Shown piece by piece: positions 1 to 14,800 of a DNA stretch of 64,000 nucleotides. The stretch covers positions 1,240,001-1,304,000 of the forward strand of contig OZ210884.1 in the NCBI GenBank assembly GCA_964658305.1, in the 5' to 3' direction. The notes under the pieces were generated by a model, which did not search any database, was not told where the DNA came from, and saw nothing but the letters and a program-made list of their open reading frames with translations. The position numbers and the translations under genes were made by a program. The stretch is from Leptogorgia sarmentosa (taxonomy: Eukaryota). The stretch's first letter is position 1. Each line of letters opens with the position of its first letter.

Positions 1-2717
1 GGTCCTTTCCTCTGCCCCACCACTGATGAACAAAATGGCCAATTGTCCCAAAGCCTGGGCCCTAGGACCTGTCTTGAGTAAATGAGTTTTACATTGAAAA
101 GAAATTTAAAAGTATAATTTTTTATTGTTTTAAACTAATAGTGTGAAATGTTACTAAAACATGAAACAGAAAAATTATTTTGTATCTGATTCGTGTAGCA
201 GGAAATCATGTCCCTACCTTGACAACCACTCAGGAATTCTCAGAAATAAATTTTGGTAACTGCGTATGCGCTTCGCCCATTTTATACTTGCGGCATGGTT
301 GTGTTAGAATGCTTAGCGTACAATTTATTGCAAATTTCTCTATTTGTTTTGCCGAGATTTTTGGAAAAATATGTTCTCAGAATGGAGGAGATGGTATTTC
401 AGAGATCCAAATTTAAAACATTTGGAGAGGGACGGACACACTCGCAGACCCCCAGCTAACTCGTGCCTGGAAACTCAGCTGTTTGTAGGGCAAGGAAATG
501 GACCATTTGGCAGTCTTCCTCCACTACTGAAAAATCCTTAAAAAGCTTCTTCAGCTTCTTGTCCTTCTCGATTTTTTCAAGTCATTTTTGCATATGATGT
601 ATCAGTTATAGACTTGTATAATATTAGAATATTATATTCTTGTATTCATACATTATACTCTGCCTCTTCTATTTTTTTAAATCAGTTTTTCGATTATAAG
701 CTAGTTGAAAGGAGTCAGGTTCTTTGTGTCTGTCAACCTTGTAAGGAAAACACGATTACACACGATTATCATGGTATCTGGGGCAAGTTTGAAGTGCTAT
801 TAGCCCGAACAAGTCTCTGTATTTGATCATTTAACATTAAAAAAATCAGTCTGAAAAGAAAACTTAGATACGTATATAGCTACGCACAAACATATTTGTC
901 TCTTATTATGTTTTTCAGTTTTTCACTACAGGAAAGGAGCCGTAGTTTAAATCGAGATGCAGTAAAACACGGACGGCCATACGGTTACGGCGCCACTGCA
1001 TGATCGCATATTTTTAAATTTCATTCGAAGCGTGTATATATTTTTGGATTTTGACTTCTTGAGAAAAATTTTCGTTACTTTATGCGAGGCTTTCAGGACT
1101 TTTTTGCAAAACAGTATTTCGACCGTTCGTATGTACGCTAACTTTTGCCTCAGATGCAAAAGACCATTGGTTGTTCATTGTTTAGCAATTGTTCTGAAAA
1201 TCCTGCAAATGAAATGCGCGGAATCAGCGTTTGTTCGATTTCGTGTAATTTTTGTAATTCTGATTTCAGTATGAAAAAATCGTGCAAAGAGTCAATTTTC
1301 TTTTAGTTTTATCTGGACTAAGTTTAACTGTAGAAGTGAGCAGATCATGTGCAAATTTCCAGGGCATGTTTTGAAAAAGAAGCAATTTTCGGTGCTTTGA
1401 TTTTCCGTAATCTGAAATTTGTCAACGAGGCTGAATTTCTCGTTAGTTATATTTTTGAACTTTGGCATGTCTAATTTCACCAAAAAAAGCGTGCAAAACA
1501 AAAAACTCTATTCTCTTTCGGTATTGACTGGATAGAATGTTAGCTTAACTTATCAGATACACATTTTTAGGGCATGTTTTGCTCCTAGGGAGAAATTTAC
1601 TGAAATTTTCCGTGCTTTGTTTTTGATTCTTTGTAAACAGGCGTACGGAGTCTGGTCGTATTTTGAATTTTAGCAGGTCCATTTTCACGACGAAAATAGT
1701 CGTGTTGTGTCCATTGTGTTTCGGTTTTAGCTATTTGATACAATATTTTCTAAATATGCCAGATACAAAATTTTTATACCTATAGGGAAAAACTACATGC
1801 AAAAATACAGTTTTTCTGTAGTTCGTTTTCAAAACGTACAAACATTCCCTCTAATCACAAATTCTCTAAAATGGCCTTATACGTTGTAGTTTATCGAGCT
1901 GACATGATGTTATTTCTTTATGCTGCTGTTGAAGTATACTGATACGAGGTTCCTAAAGTAATTACCACGTCTTCAGTGGTTTTCGGGGAATGCAACATAA
2001 TTATATTGCACAACTTTTAAGGTGTTCCGCTTGATATTTAAAAAACTTTCTTGTTAACTCGCGATGCTTCTCCTTGCGATATACAAATGACAAAAGACAC
2101 TATATGTTCAGGGAAGTAATCCGTAGCATAAAAAGTCCAGAAAAGTCTGACTCTACGTTTTAATTAACTGTTATCAAGTATGTTGGTTTTGGAATCACTT
2201 TAATTTGGGGCAATGAAAATCACCTGGGACTAAGGCACTGAGAGACGCGTATTGAAACTCTAACGTTGTGCACAAAAATGACAAATTTCGAAGCGAATAA
2301 AATCAAAACATTTCGTAAAACATTCATGCACATCTTAAAACAGATTGCACATTTTGTTTACTTTAGTTCAGTAAAACTGAAGTAGCTATACAATAGTGCT
2401 TCTATTCAATTACGTCGCAGATTTATGTAATATTTTTAAACTTGCCAATATTTTCCTGTGTAGTTTCCGAGTCTTTTCAGCAAGCCTTTTCGTGGCGATT
2501 TTTCTCCGCTCATCTCCTATTTCTCGCAAAACGCGCGCTCTCGCCAATTTCCAGCCGCACCACACACGGACCAGCGTGATATAAGCGCGCTTTCCCGCCC
2601 ATGTTATACGGCGCCCTGTTGACTTGTCTACATTCGATCTACCTTCTAGCTGAATAGGCTACGAACAACTGGCGCCAAGTTATACATTGTTAACAATTCA
2701 AATTGGAGTTTCATTAC

Positions 2718-2879
2718 CTTTACAAGATGTGAAATTCTTCTGGTCATTTCCTAAGGTGGAGAAACCAGGCTGACATTTCTTGCAACCGAATTGACCCTCA
2801 ACATCCTGATAAGTGCCGTTTTTGCAAAGTTTACACTTGCTATCTACTGCATCATAGTATTTTCCAATTGGACATTCAA
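2718..2879 (-). CDS. SVEP1: SVEP1-like exon, ephrin-receptor-like Cys repeat
   Basis: ECPIGKYY...CKLCKNGTYQDVEGQFGCKKCQPGFST. Confidence 0.9.
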
Positions 2880-5800
2880 CTGAAAAGAGATTTAAAATAT
2901 GAGCGGCTAAAGTTGAATGGAAAAATTGCATTATTTTTTAGTACCGCCGGTTTAAATTCGACGAATGCTGGTTTGAAGTACGTAAATTTCTGTATTTCGT
3001 TTTGAATACTTAGATAGTTATATATTTGTGAGTCAGCGGTCAGGTCTTCCCTTTGCTAAATATAAGAGCAGTATGAACACGGCTTGTTCTTATTTATTTA
3101 AAAATACACACAAAGCAAAACCAAAACCTAATGTATCACTGTGATTGCATATAGTGTTTTATCCCCCAAAGCAATCAGGTCAGCCACCTGATGTTCCTTA
3201 TATCTCACAGTGGCGTTGTGGGAGCTGTACAAACAAGATTCATTCTTTAGGAGTGGGAGCATGCAACCCCAGCCCCCCCCCGGTCACGACGCTGCTGGGT
3301 ACTCAGCCGTGGCGTGGTTACCAGATATGATTGGAGGGGCGAATATTCATGCAATCATGTTCATAGACCTTAAAATCAATTTATTTTGAAAAGAAACTAA
3401 TAATGGAGAACACGTGATACAACTATTCCCCCCCTACATCATAGCTAACCAGGCATGCACTGGAGGGACGGTTGCTTATAATTGTGTAATCCCTATAAAA
3501 TATGCATGAAAATTGATCAAACGATCAACCTATACCTTCTAAAAGACTGCTTTAGGAAAGGCGCTAACCTACTAACTACCAGCTCTTTTCCATGGTAAAA
3601 GAGAAGCGCGCTACGGAAGATTGATTTTTAATTCAGTTGAACGAGAATACTTACTGCATTTTTCAATTTTCCCAGTATGGTAGTTGCATTTGCATTCAGG
3701 AGCAACAGGTATGCTCGAGCCGATGCAGTTTTGTTTTATATAATTGCATCGTCCAATAACAGCACCTCTTTCGCGAGAACAGTACGGCTCGGGAGGAAGA
3801 ACCCTTGGGAGACTATTGTTAATCAAATCCATCTTCATTTCTTTCTTCCAATTGACATTCTGAACATTTTTTTTTAACTCAGCAAAATATTTCTGGTTCA
3901 TTTCAGATTTGAGATTCTGGAAATCCTGTTGGTTGCCTGTGCCGTTTCGAGTGACAGTAAAATCTGCTTGAATACGGAACTGGAATGAAGTAATATTGAT
4001 ATCGTTAATTTATGCACACGAAAAGTTTAGTAAGTTTGCTTGCACGTATTATACATTAGTTTATTATTCAGCTATAGATTTTACATGTTGTATAGAAAGA
4101 TGAAAAAAGAACCATATAGAGCCATAGAACCTAGTAGGTTTTTGACATATCTTCTCAGCATATTATTAGGCAGAATGAACTTTTTTGTCACATATATGGA
4201 ATAAACGTCCGGGCATATACGTATTTTGGTAACACTGGTAGTTCGCATGATTATATAATTATTACAATAACTCCCGATATTGGCCTCCGTGACAATAGGA
4301 AGCCCAGACAGCGGGTTTATTTTGAATAAAAAGCCGTAAAACCTTTAAAATATGATTCAAAATATTGAATTACGTTCTATTGAATTAGATTTCGCTCATT
4401 GATTTGCCAATATAATCAATGACTTTCATACTTATATTATTTAGGGAAGGATGGAAACTGTATACACAGTTCACGTCTATTAGGGAATTTCAATGACAAA
4501 TTTTCCTACAAAATAATACGTCAGCTGCTAAATTTTATAACCGTAGGTTTAAGCTGAATGCTTGAGGTATATTATTAAATCAACGAGAAACTCGAAAGAT
4601 AACGCTTTAAACATATGTAAAAGTTTTCTAATTTGTCGTAAATTGCAACTACATACTGCATACAACAACTGAAGAATCTGATTGGTTTTTAAATTCTTCT
4701 AGTGTTGCCTTTTTCGGTAGATAGTTACATCGCGTAAAGTTTTTACGATAATTTAAGGGAAATGACAAACCTTTTGCACACTTTTACAGCGTTAATCTTC
4801 TGAATTTCTCACTAATTTTATTAGAGAAATATAGCTCTGTATTCAGGTTAAACATGCATACGGTAAAAGTTTAGCGATTTACTTGCTATTTTAGCAGGAA
4901 AAATTGTCCATGAAATTTTTCAAGATACAAAAACTGTGTAAAATGTTTCCAACCTTCCCTAACGTAATTGATATGCAGGGCTGCAAAATAACCACGTAAG
5001 AAGGAATTAATTACAATTACTTGCATGGAAATGTAATAAATTCCTGATTACAATTCCTTGTTCTAACATGTAATTAAATACAATAAAATAATTACTGCGG
5101 AAGAGAGGAATTAATTACAAATTCCTTTATCTCCTTTTTATCCTCCTTTACAAATTGCAACAGTACATATGAACAATGACACTTAGATAATTTCTTGACT
5201 TGAAAATTGGAAGACGATTTCCCAACTCTCTCTGGGACTCCGAACAAATTGTGTCTTTTATGAAGTACTTAATGCATGTGGGCCTTCTCGTCATATGATC
5301 TCGACATCTCGATTTTTTCTGAACTCTTTTTTATCGTAACTTTTTCATTACTTTTTATCAGTTATTTGCTTATTTAACATATTTTTCAAAATTATAAAGG
5401 GATTTCAAAATTGGCTTATTGGAAAAGGAATACGTAATTAATTACGGGTTGATATTACCTCAAATTAATGTAACGAGTACACATGCAGTAACGCGCTACA
5501 ATATAATTGCAACGAGTTTTTACAGCCCGTTGATTATATGCATGGACAAATAAATCTATGCGCGACCACAGCATGCTGCTTATAGGGTTTTAAATCATGT
5601 TTTAAATGTTTCACGACTTTTCAATATTTAAACTGAACTAAACTTCACGACTTTTCAATATTTAAACTGCCTGTCTATGCTTCCTATCCTGTAACACAGT
5701 ACTCAATGGCACTATACATTTTAAATAGATGTAAATTTATCACTATAATTCATACTTGTATAATGAATATAATTCAATATTGTATTGATGCCCGCATCTA

Positions 5801-8800
5801 TCGTGGCATAATGATCAGCACCCGGGATCAATGCACCGTATAATTGTGAGCTATTCTTGAATCTGTTTTTTTTTCGATACTTGTTCAAATAGTCTATCAC
5901 AAATTATTTCAAATCATTTACGTGCTTGGTGTGGTACCTTAGGTATTTTCGGTGTTAGTGATATCATGGTATATACCAAAGCAATTAGACACCTCGTTTT
6001 CTAATTTTTAAATATACGGAGAAAACAACTAATTGAGGCACAAAAGCAGAAAGATTTGATTAATAAACTAGAGAAAAGGTTATTTTTTCCTAAAAATTGG
6101 TTAAACAGTAAGAAATACGGTGCAAAGGTTTCATGACAAGTTAGCAAATGCATTTAGTAGAACGACACTAGTGTAAACATAAGGTGTAAAATCCTACAAA
6201 CTAATGATAACTAATTATATTTTCACTTTTATTAGTGTAATCGTAGCGGTAATTAGTTACTGTAATTGGACTGCATGAAATGCTTATTTCTGCATGCACG
6301 TACAAAGTGTTACACCAAATGCGCTTGGTGCTTTACAATTTCAACCACTAAGGTATATTTATGGATCAAGTGTTTCATTGTAATGCGATAAAAAGAAATT
6401 TAGGACTGAATCAACGTCGAAACCACGTCGATATTGTTACAATATCTACTCACCTAACCCCTCTTAGGCTAGGAAATGGATTATGCGCAGTGATGACGTT
6501 TTTGTTGGAGTTCTTGCACGAGGCAGCCATATTGAATATTGGCACTTTATCCTGCTTTATACTGAATAAAGGTTATAAAATTATATGCTTGAAACAGATA
6601 TGTATAGTTGATCGACGTCACTAGGCATATAAGAGACGTCGTGTGTCTAGTGGAATACGCCGCAATTATTGCACGCAAATATACCAATGCAGTGCCAATT
6701 TCTTCTCAATGTATATGCACACGAAATATTGAAAACTATTTACCTCCATTTCTATGTTACGTCTTCTACGCCTTTTTCTTGAAACGTCAACAACACCACA
6801 GTGAATTTGGATATTTTCTACTCTACATGTTGTTTCAGCATTGCAAAAAAATGGGTATTTTTCCTGAAGAACGCGTATGTATGCTTCCTTTAGATCATCT
6901 TGGACTTCCTCATCATTACAATCACCATTGAAATAATACGCACTACGCATTTTCAATGTTCCACTGGTAGGATCATTGCGACCTAAATAATATTTCATCA
7001 AATTTCAAACATTTATCAAATTATGTCATCAAAGGTATTATGTACTGTACGTAGGTAAGAAATAATTAAAATATTAAAATGTCGTGGAAGTAAATCAAGA
7101 ATAGCAAAAAAATTGGAAAAGACGACAAAATCAGCTAATAAACACGTCTAGACACAGTACACAGGTGTGTTTAAAAAAAAAACCTAGCCGTATCAAGGCC
7201 TACTCTAGGGTCCAACCAAGATCGCCGCGATTAATTGCGATATTAGGGAAAAAATGCAAAATTCAAAGCGATCTTGGGCGATCTTAGGCAATATTGGGTG
7301 ATATTATGTAAGGTTTATTTGGGATTATAAAAAAAAGTTGATGCCCACTCTCAATTCAGACCCCCTATTAAGTCCAGAATGCTTATTTCTTTGTATGCAA
7401 TATATATGTCGATCATAGCAATCTTGAGCAATTTCAGGCGTCCTCAGGCGATCTTAGGCGATCTTAGGCGATCTTAAGCGATTTTTGGCGATCTTGCACC
7501 ATGGAGTAGGCCTGTATCAAGCCTAACATTACTTGATTGCAGATTTTCCAAAGTAAGCTCACGCTTTATTGTTATGAAGTGCGACACTATATTAATATTT
7601 CAAATTGAAGTATGAACGAATAGTAATATGGCCGTGCTTTATTTCTGAAAAATGCATGCTAGGAAAATTGGTATTATTCGGTTGAATGGAATTTTATGCG
7701 TACTCATCACATATACTTACGGGCACAATCAGGCCACGTGATTCCATCGGGATGGCGCCGGAATGGAAAGGTCCAACCTTTCCAAACCCGATTCAAGCAG
7801 TAATAAAGATCTTCGGGTGTGTATGCAAAATCATATCCATCTTTGCAAAGCGGTTGACAGTAAAAAGCCGGAATGATCTGACAGGCCAAAGCACCATTTT
7901 TTGGCTTTTTGGGTAATGTACAAACAGGTGCTAAAACGAAAAAATTATCGTTTGGAGGGCGATCGACATATAGAACAGGCGCGGTGCAATTAGTGGCACG
8001 TCGACAGAAAGATGTACCTATTTAGCTACAGCAGCCTATAGGCTAGATATTATGGAACTTTAGTTTCTGGATTTTGTACCCTCCATTATTAGCTATTCCA
8101 AACGTCTATTCGTCTTTTTTATTACATTCTATATCTTTTCAACAAAGATTCGATCGAACCGTGCTTAATTGTAATACTAGACCTCACCCAATGCCCTTGT
8201 TTTCTCGTTGGGTTTTGACTCGTATTTCTAGCAAAATTTGGTCAAAAAAACAGTAAGCCTAAGCTCAACAAACAAACTCATTCGGAAAAAGTCGGAAAAT
8301 AACCTTCAAGTGAGTTTATCAAACGAAGAAGCAAACATGAAAACGAGGCCATTGGGTAAACGTGAACAGTCGGTAAGATCTATTTTTCATGGTTGTTTTC
8401 CGGAAAATATTATCTCGTAGCTGTTCCAGATTTCGTAGCCGTCGCCAATCTAAAGCTCTGTATTTATTTGCTGGCGCCCGCATGAAATTAATTAACTAAT
8501 AAATAGAAATACACACATGCAACAACCCCTCGAGCTCGCTCGCCTTACAACTATATTCTGGCAACATGAAGTACTGTGACATTGTTATAATAACAATACG
8601 GCAATTCATATTTTTCGATGTATTTTTTAAAACTGAGGAAATTATTGCAAAAATATCAGTTTTAACCTCGTTTTTATTGACGTTTTTTAATTTGTAGAAT
8701 GAGTGTGATATTCATGTCATGGAACTTAAATTTGATGTAAAGTATTTGGATAAAACGTTCCTACACGTTCACAAATTTTGTATTTGAAGTAAAACTATTT

Positions 8801-11800
8801 TAAGCCAATATTCGTTCTAATCGTTTTACATACAGTTACTGCCCAAAAGTCTAAATACATGTGACAAAATTCAATATACGCAAAAATTTAATCAAATGGA
8901 TACATTTTGTGCGTTCTGTCTCACAGTACTATCCTTGAGAACAAAAAATGTTGACTTACTTTGGAGATTAATTTCAAACTGACATGAGATATTTCGGTTT
9001 CCATCTTCATCTATTGCAGTATACTTAATCTACATAAATGGAATATGATACGTAGGTAATGGTATGGTTTCGAGGGCAATTCGGAATTAACATGCATTAT
9101 TGAGTTTTCCGAAAACCTCAAAATAGCACGAGTCCGAAGAACGAGTGCTATTTTGAGGTCTCTAGAAAAGTGTATGTTATCCAAATTGCACGAGAAACTA
9201 TACTATTACTTGTTAATAATTTGCATGAAAGTATTCGAGACAATTATAGTGTTAACTTACGTCTCAAAGCGAAATTTCACCGGCAGAATTTTCTTGTTTA
9301 GTTTATTTCACATTTTAAAGCGATATAACAGTTTCAAAAAATTAAGGCAAGGGCGTAACTTTTTAGCCTCCTCCCAATTTTTTTTTCGCCTTCCCCGACA
9401 CAGCTGACCCAAGCCGAATGTTAAAATCCTTAATAACACTAGAGATGCCTGCGGAGGAGGCTAGTATAACTTTTGTTAGTCATTGTTTGACATAAAGTTT
9501 TTTCGGTCATAAGAAAAACATATATATGTTATTTACCGGCTGGGAGGTCCGTACGGGAAAATATTTTGTCGAGGTCTCAATGTCACGGCCGTAAATAACA
9601 GATTTATTTTTTTCTCCTCGATTTTATTTTAAAATTCGTCAAAAATTCCAGTGTTGCGAACTAGATTATGAGATCAGTTTGTTTGTTTACTTTGCTGCTC
9701 TATCGCAAGTATGGCTGCTAAACAGCCAAGACGAAGTGAGAAAAACCCCTTCAATATTGACGCATTTTCTTCACTATTGACGCTTTTCCACTCAAAATTA
9801 CAAAGAAAAAAGGAGACTTAAAATTATTTATTTTCCCGGTCGTTTCACGATACAAACATGGTTAAAATACGCTTTAGACACCGAAATATTTCGCCGAGAA
9901 TGTTTTGTTTTGTTCATACTGATGAGACTTGTTTTTGTCGGTGTAAATAACCCCCTAAAATATCCCATGTGTTCTTTATCGCCTAAATTCGTTTTGAATG
10001 TTTTAAAAAGCGGACATTCAATTTAAAAAAACAAAAACATTGACTATATTTCTATTAAATCTACGAGAATGCGAGCGGTCCGTACCGTAGGATACGGACC
10101 TCTCGGCAACCAATGAGAAAGCTCTATTTAGGTTACGGACCTGGAGTTACGGACCGGAAAAAAATAAGCTTTAATACAACACCGAAATATTTCGCCGAGA
10201 ATGTTTTCTTCCTACTAAAACTTATTTCTAAAAATATAGAAGAGAAATTAACCTTAAACTAATGTAAATCAACTGGTTATAGTATTTTTTAAAAAAGGAT
10301 GAATTTAAGTGCGGATAAACTGCAGGTTTTCGATATATATTGCATCTTTTTGCCATTAAAACAAACATGCAAAAGATTTTTTATTTACTTCGGCCATTAC
10401 GTATTTAGGATTCCTGACCGTGGTCAAATATCGTAAAATTCCGCACGCTGCTGCAGCCAATCAGATTGCAGAAAACGCTAGGTGCCGCTGCTGATTTACA
10501 AAGAAACAAAAAACATATATTTTCTTCGACCCGAAGACTATTTTTGCTTTGATTGGTGCGGCTCCCATGTTTGTTTTGTTTTGAATCAATCTGTAGCTTG
10601 AGCTCTAATTTGATTGGTTCAGAGTGATAACAGAAAATTGCACTGTGATTACAGAAAATTGCACTGTGATTACAGAAAATTGCACTGTGATTACAGAAAA
10701 TTGCACTGTGATTACAGAAAATTGCACTGTGAAAACAGAAAATTGCACTGTGCATTGTGATAACAGAAAATTGCACTGTTATTTACAAGCAATTGCACTG
10801 TGTTAGCACGAAATTGCACTGTGATTTCGGATTAACTGTACTGAAATGTACCAATCACAGTCGAGTAATACTTTTATGTATATTATTATGCATGCAATCG
10901 TTTATTTTGGAAGCATTTATACGTGTATTACATGTTCTTATGGCTTTGTTTATATCTCAAGACACGGTGAGTTCCAAATATAAATCAGGTATAGCACAGA
11001 TGTATTTTATTATTTTAAATCTTTGATCGGTAGGCCCGGATCAGTGCGAAAAATCAAAACAATAAAAAAAGTTAGAATCCAATTTTATAATCACAGCTTG
11101 AAAAAGCCTCCTAAATTTAGCAAAATTTCGAAGTTTGGTTGTGAAATTATTGTAAAGTAAAGAAGATATGGCCAAATCGTCCTTGGAAAGCGCATAAGTA
11201 CCGAAGACCATTTTTTATATTTGAGGTGGCTAGAGTTTGCCTAAAGCTCACGAGAAAGCGTGATGACACAGATTCTATGGCAAACCAAAGTGGACAAAAG
11301 CATATTGAGAATTGTATTCGATGGTCTAGTAACTCTAGTTGTATATACGTAGGCGAGTGCTGTAATAATTCGATAATCGAGAGAAATGAAATATTGACGA
11401 GTTGTATAAACAATAGTCGAAAATAATGGCAATGGAACGACAATCGAGAATTCTATAGGATGGTCGAGATTTCGCCAAACACGCGTGAAATTTTTCATTA
11501 ATACTTCTCGAACCGTGTAATTTCCTATACTAATTAAATATTGCATAAATGAAGTTAAATATTGTGCCATGCACTTCCATGATGAATATAATTTACTTCC
11601 TTTGCAGATACGTGATTTCTAAAATCATCGTAAATTGATTAAAACAACAAGCCTTAGATGGCCGAATGTCGAGAAAAGTGCATTAAATTTACAAAAAAAG
11701 ATCATGTACGATATAAACTGCCAAATTTGAAACTAAATTTGTTGTTTACAATGATGAAGTGTGAATGAACATGATTAGAAATTGCCATTTGTCCCTCTTT

Positions 11801-14800
11801 CTTTATAATTGGTAGCTTAATTATAACTCATAAGTTTTACATTGCCAATCAAATTATTGATCAATTGAAATTTTCAAAAAGCTTGAACACTTTTTTCCTG
11901 CAATTTGTGTTTCGTGTAATTGTATAAATTAACTTTTTTTTATTACGATCGGAAATTCATATTTCTGTATTTTTTTTAAAACAGTCACTTTTATCTTTGT
12001 TTTATTGGATTTTTTTTTAATTTGGAGAACCATTTGTTAACCGTACGTTATTAGGACTAATATAAACTTAAATTTGGTGCGAAATACTACATTTATTTGC
12101 ATACAACGTTTTAAATATTCAAGTCAGTCTTTGATATGAAACAATTTCTCACACTCCAGTGTTCGCTCGTGTTCTTTTGATTAAAGTTTGTAAATATTTT
12201 GTGAAGTCTTGCATTTAAAAACATAAACTTATGCTCTGGAATTGAGCCGTGAATTGATTAAACGCGGCTACGGCCGGCGACCTTTCATGAAAATAGTAAA
12301 TATACGGAAAACAAAAGTTCACTGCCGACAATATATCCTGTGTTTCAATCCATAGTCATTTCGTCCCATTTCACTTCGCGCCGTGGCTCGGGGATAAATT
12401 TTTAGTAATCCCTCAAAATCGATCACCAACCGCTATGTTGGAAAAAGCATTCAAGCAAATAATGCCTCAGATTTACTGGTCAGATCGACAGCCAATAAAG
12501 ATGCTCGAAAACCATTATTTGCTACTTAAATTACACCAATTAATTAAAACGCGAAAAATGTTTGTGAAATCATCCACAGTTGCTGCTTTGATGAACTTAA
12601 TATTCAAGCGTTTGTCGAATTAAGTGACTACAGTAGTTCATTGCAATTAAGCGATAAGCAACAAGAAAGCCATAAGCTAAGATTTATGACTTACTATGAG
12701 TCTAATACTATTCTATACTTGCATTGAAGCAGACCGACACACGAGCATGCACTACCAACTAACCGCTTTCAAAAATATATTCATTCATTCATCTTATAGC
12801 ATATTACGTACTTATAAGTAACCCAAACCCTTTCCTAACCTAACCTTAACCTTAACCTTAACCCTAACTCCAACTGAACCTTCTCAGCGAACGCAAATTA
12901 TTCTACTATTATTAACACAGAAGTTATAACCCTTTGAATTAGCATAAAATATCTAACCCTAAAGTCATTTTCTAAGTCGTTTTCCTGGCTAGGAAGTGGC
13001 TAGCTATCACTTCAGAGACGGTGACTCTGGACCAATCAGATTGCAGGAAATGTTATAGTTAATTGAAAATTTATACTAACATAATATATAAAAATCTCCA
13101 CCATCGTATAGAATTCTCGACTGTCGTTCATTTTCTCGACAATTGTTTATAAAATTCGTCCATATTTAATTTCTCTGGATTATCTCGTATTATGTATTCC
13201 CAACTCGCCTACTGTGCCCAATTAATCCCAAGCAACGTGCTAAACTCGTTAATCAGGCAAAGTCACATTACAATTCTTTCCCGGTGTAAGTCTGTAATTG
13301 AGCCCCAGCATTGTCTTTCAGCAACGTTAAAAATATGCATCCGGCCGTGATTAAATGAGTAGTTCGGTACATCGTTGGAAAGTGTCGGAAAGAGAGCAGA
13401 TATTTTTCGAATCTTGGAGTTGTTTTGGATTTTCGAAAGTATTTACTTTTATATCACATTCTTCTCTTATGAAAAATACACATGTGTTTCACATGTGAAT
13501 CACATGTGAATCACATGTGAATCATATGTGAATAATATGTGAATCACATGTGATTGTTCCAATTCCACATGTGAACCACATGTGAACTGAAACACATGTA
13601 AAACCCACATGTGAAACACTTGTGAATCACATGTGAATCACATGTGAATCATATGTGAATCATATGTGAATCACATGTGATTGTTCCAATTCCACATGTG
13701 AACCACTTTTACATGTGTATTTTTCGTAAGGGTTTAATTGACTTTTCGCATTAAAATGGATATATTGTAATTAAGCACGGTTTTGAAGCAATCGTTCAAA
13801 TCGGTATTTGGCGTTGTGGTAATAATTATAAAATGCATAACTATCGACTCATAGTCAAAACCATAATTGACACACTCGTTCTTTCGTAAGCAGTCGGAAA
13901 GGAGCCGTTATGAAGGCTGGGATATATACCCCAAATCAGAGGGTAAAATTCCAAAGATTTCATGGCCAACAACAATGATGGCAACAATGATGCCATCTTT
14001 GTTGTTGCTACATAACGACACTTATTTTTTTTCGTTCCGTAACTCCAGGTCCGTAACCTAAATAGAGCTTTCTCATTGGTTGCCGAGAGGTCCGTATCCT
14101 ACGGTACGGACCGCTCGCATTCTCGTAGATTTAATAGAAATATAGTCAATGTTTTTGTTTTTCCCGAGCCACGGCGCGAGGCCCCGTCCGGGCGTTAGCC
14201 CGGGGCGAGGGTAATAATTCCGCACGGCTATTTACACCCCGGGTAATGGACAACATAGCGGAGTCCAAAGTTGCTCGATTTGGCGGCCATTTTGGGTCAT
14301 GGTGCATCGTAGGTCTTCACAATGGTCATCACTGATCTCAAAAATATGGCGGACTATCATGAAGAGCCGAAGCCAAAGCTTCTTAAAGCTTTTAGGAAAA
14401 CAAGGACTGCGCTGTAAGACTTTAAAAGCCTTCTCAGAAGATATAAAACGCTGAGAAAGGGGAAGAAACCACCATGGATTGACACACAGGATAAGTTTGT
14501 CAATATATTGTCGGCAGTGAACTTTTGTTTTGCGCATATTTATTATTTGTATGAAAGGTCGCCGGCCGTAGCCGCATTTATTCTATTCACGGTTCAATTC
14601 CAGAGTATAAGTTTGGGTTTTTAAATGCAAGACTTCACAAAATGTTTACAAACTTTACCCCAAAAAACACGAGCGAACACTGGCTGGAAATTGTTTTATA
14701 TCAAAGACTGACTTGATTATTTAAAACGTTGTATGCAAATAAATGTAGTTTTTTTATCAAATTCAAGTTTACATTAGTCCTAATCACGTACGGATAACAA

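Noticed and set aside
9919..9945. CTGATGA-GAC...GTC in repeat family A as a hammerhead
   Set aside because: No GAAA after the stem in the copies inspected.
10405..10806. ORFs with ITENCTV / HSAIFCN repeats
   Set aside because: Translation of a 21-bp minisatellite; not a gene. Not CRISPR either, as there are no unique spacers.
12820..12870. Telomere-like TAACCT/TAACCC run
   Set aside because: Short and degenerate; no evidence of a chromosome end or fusion.
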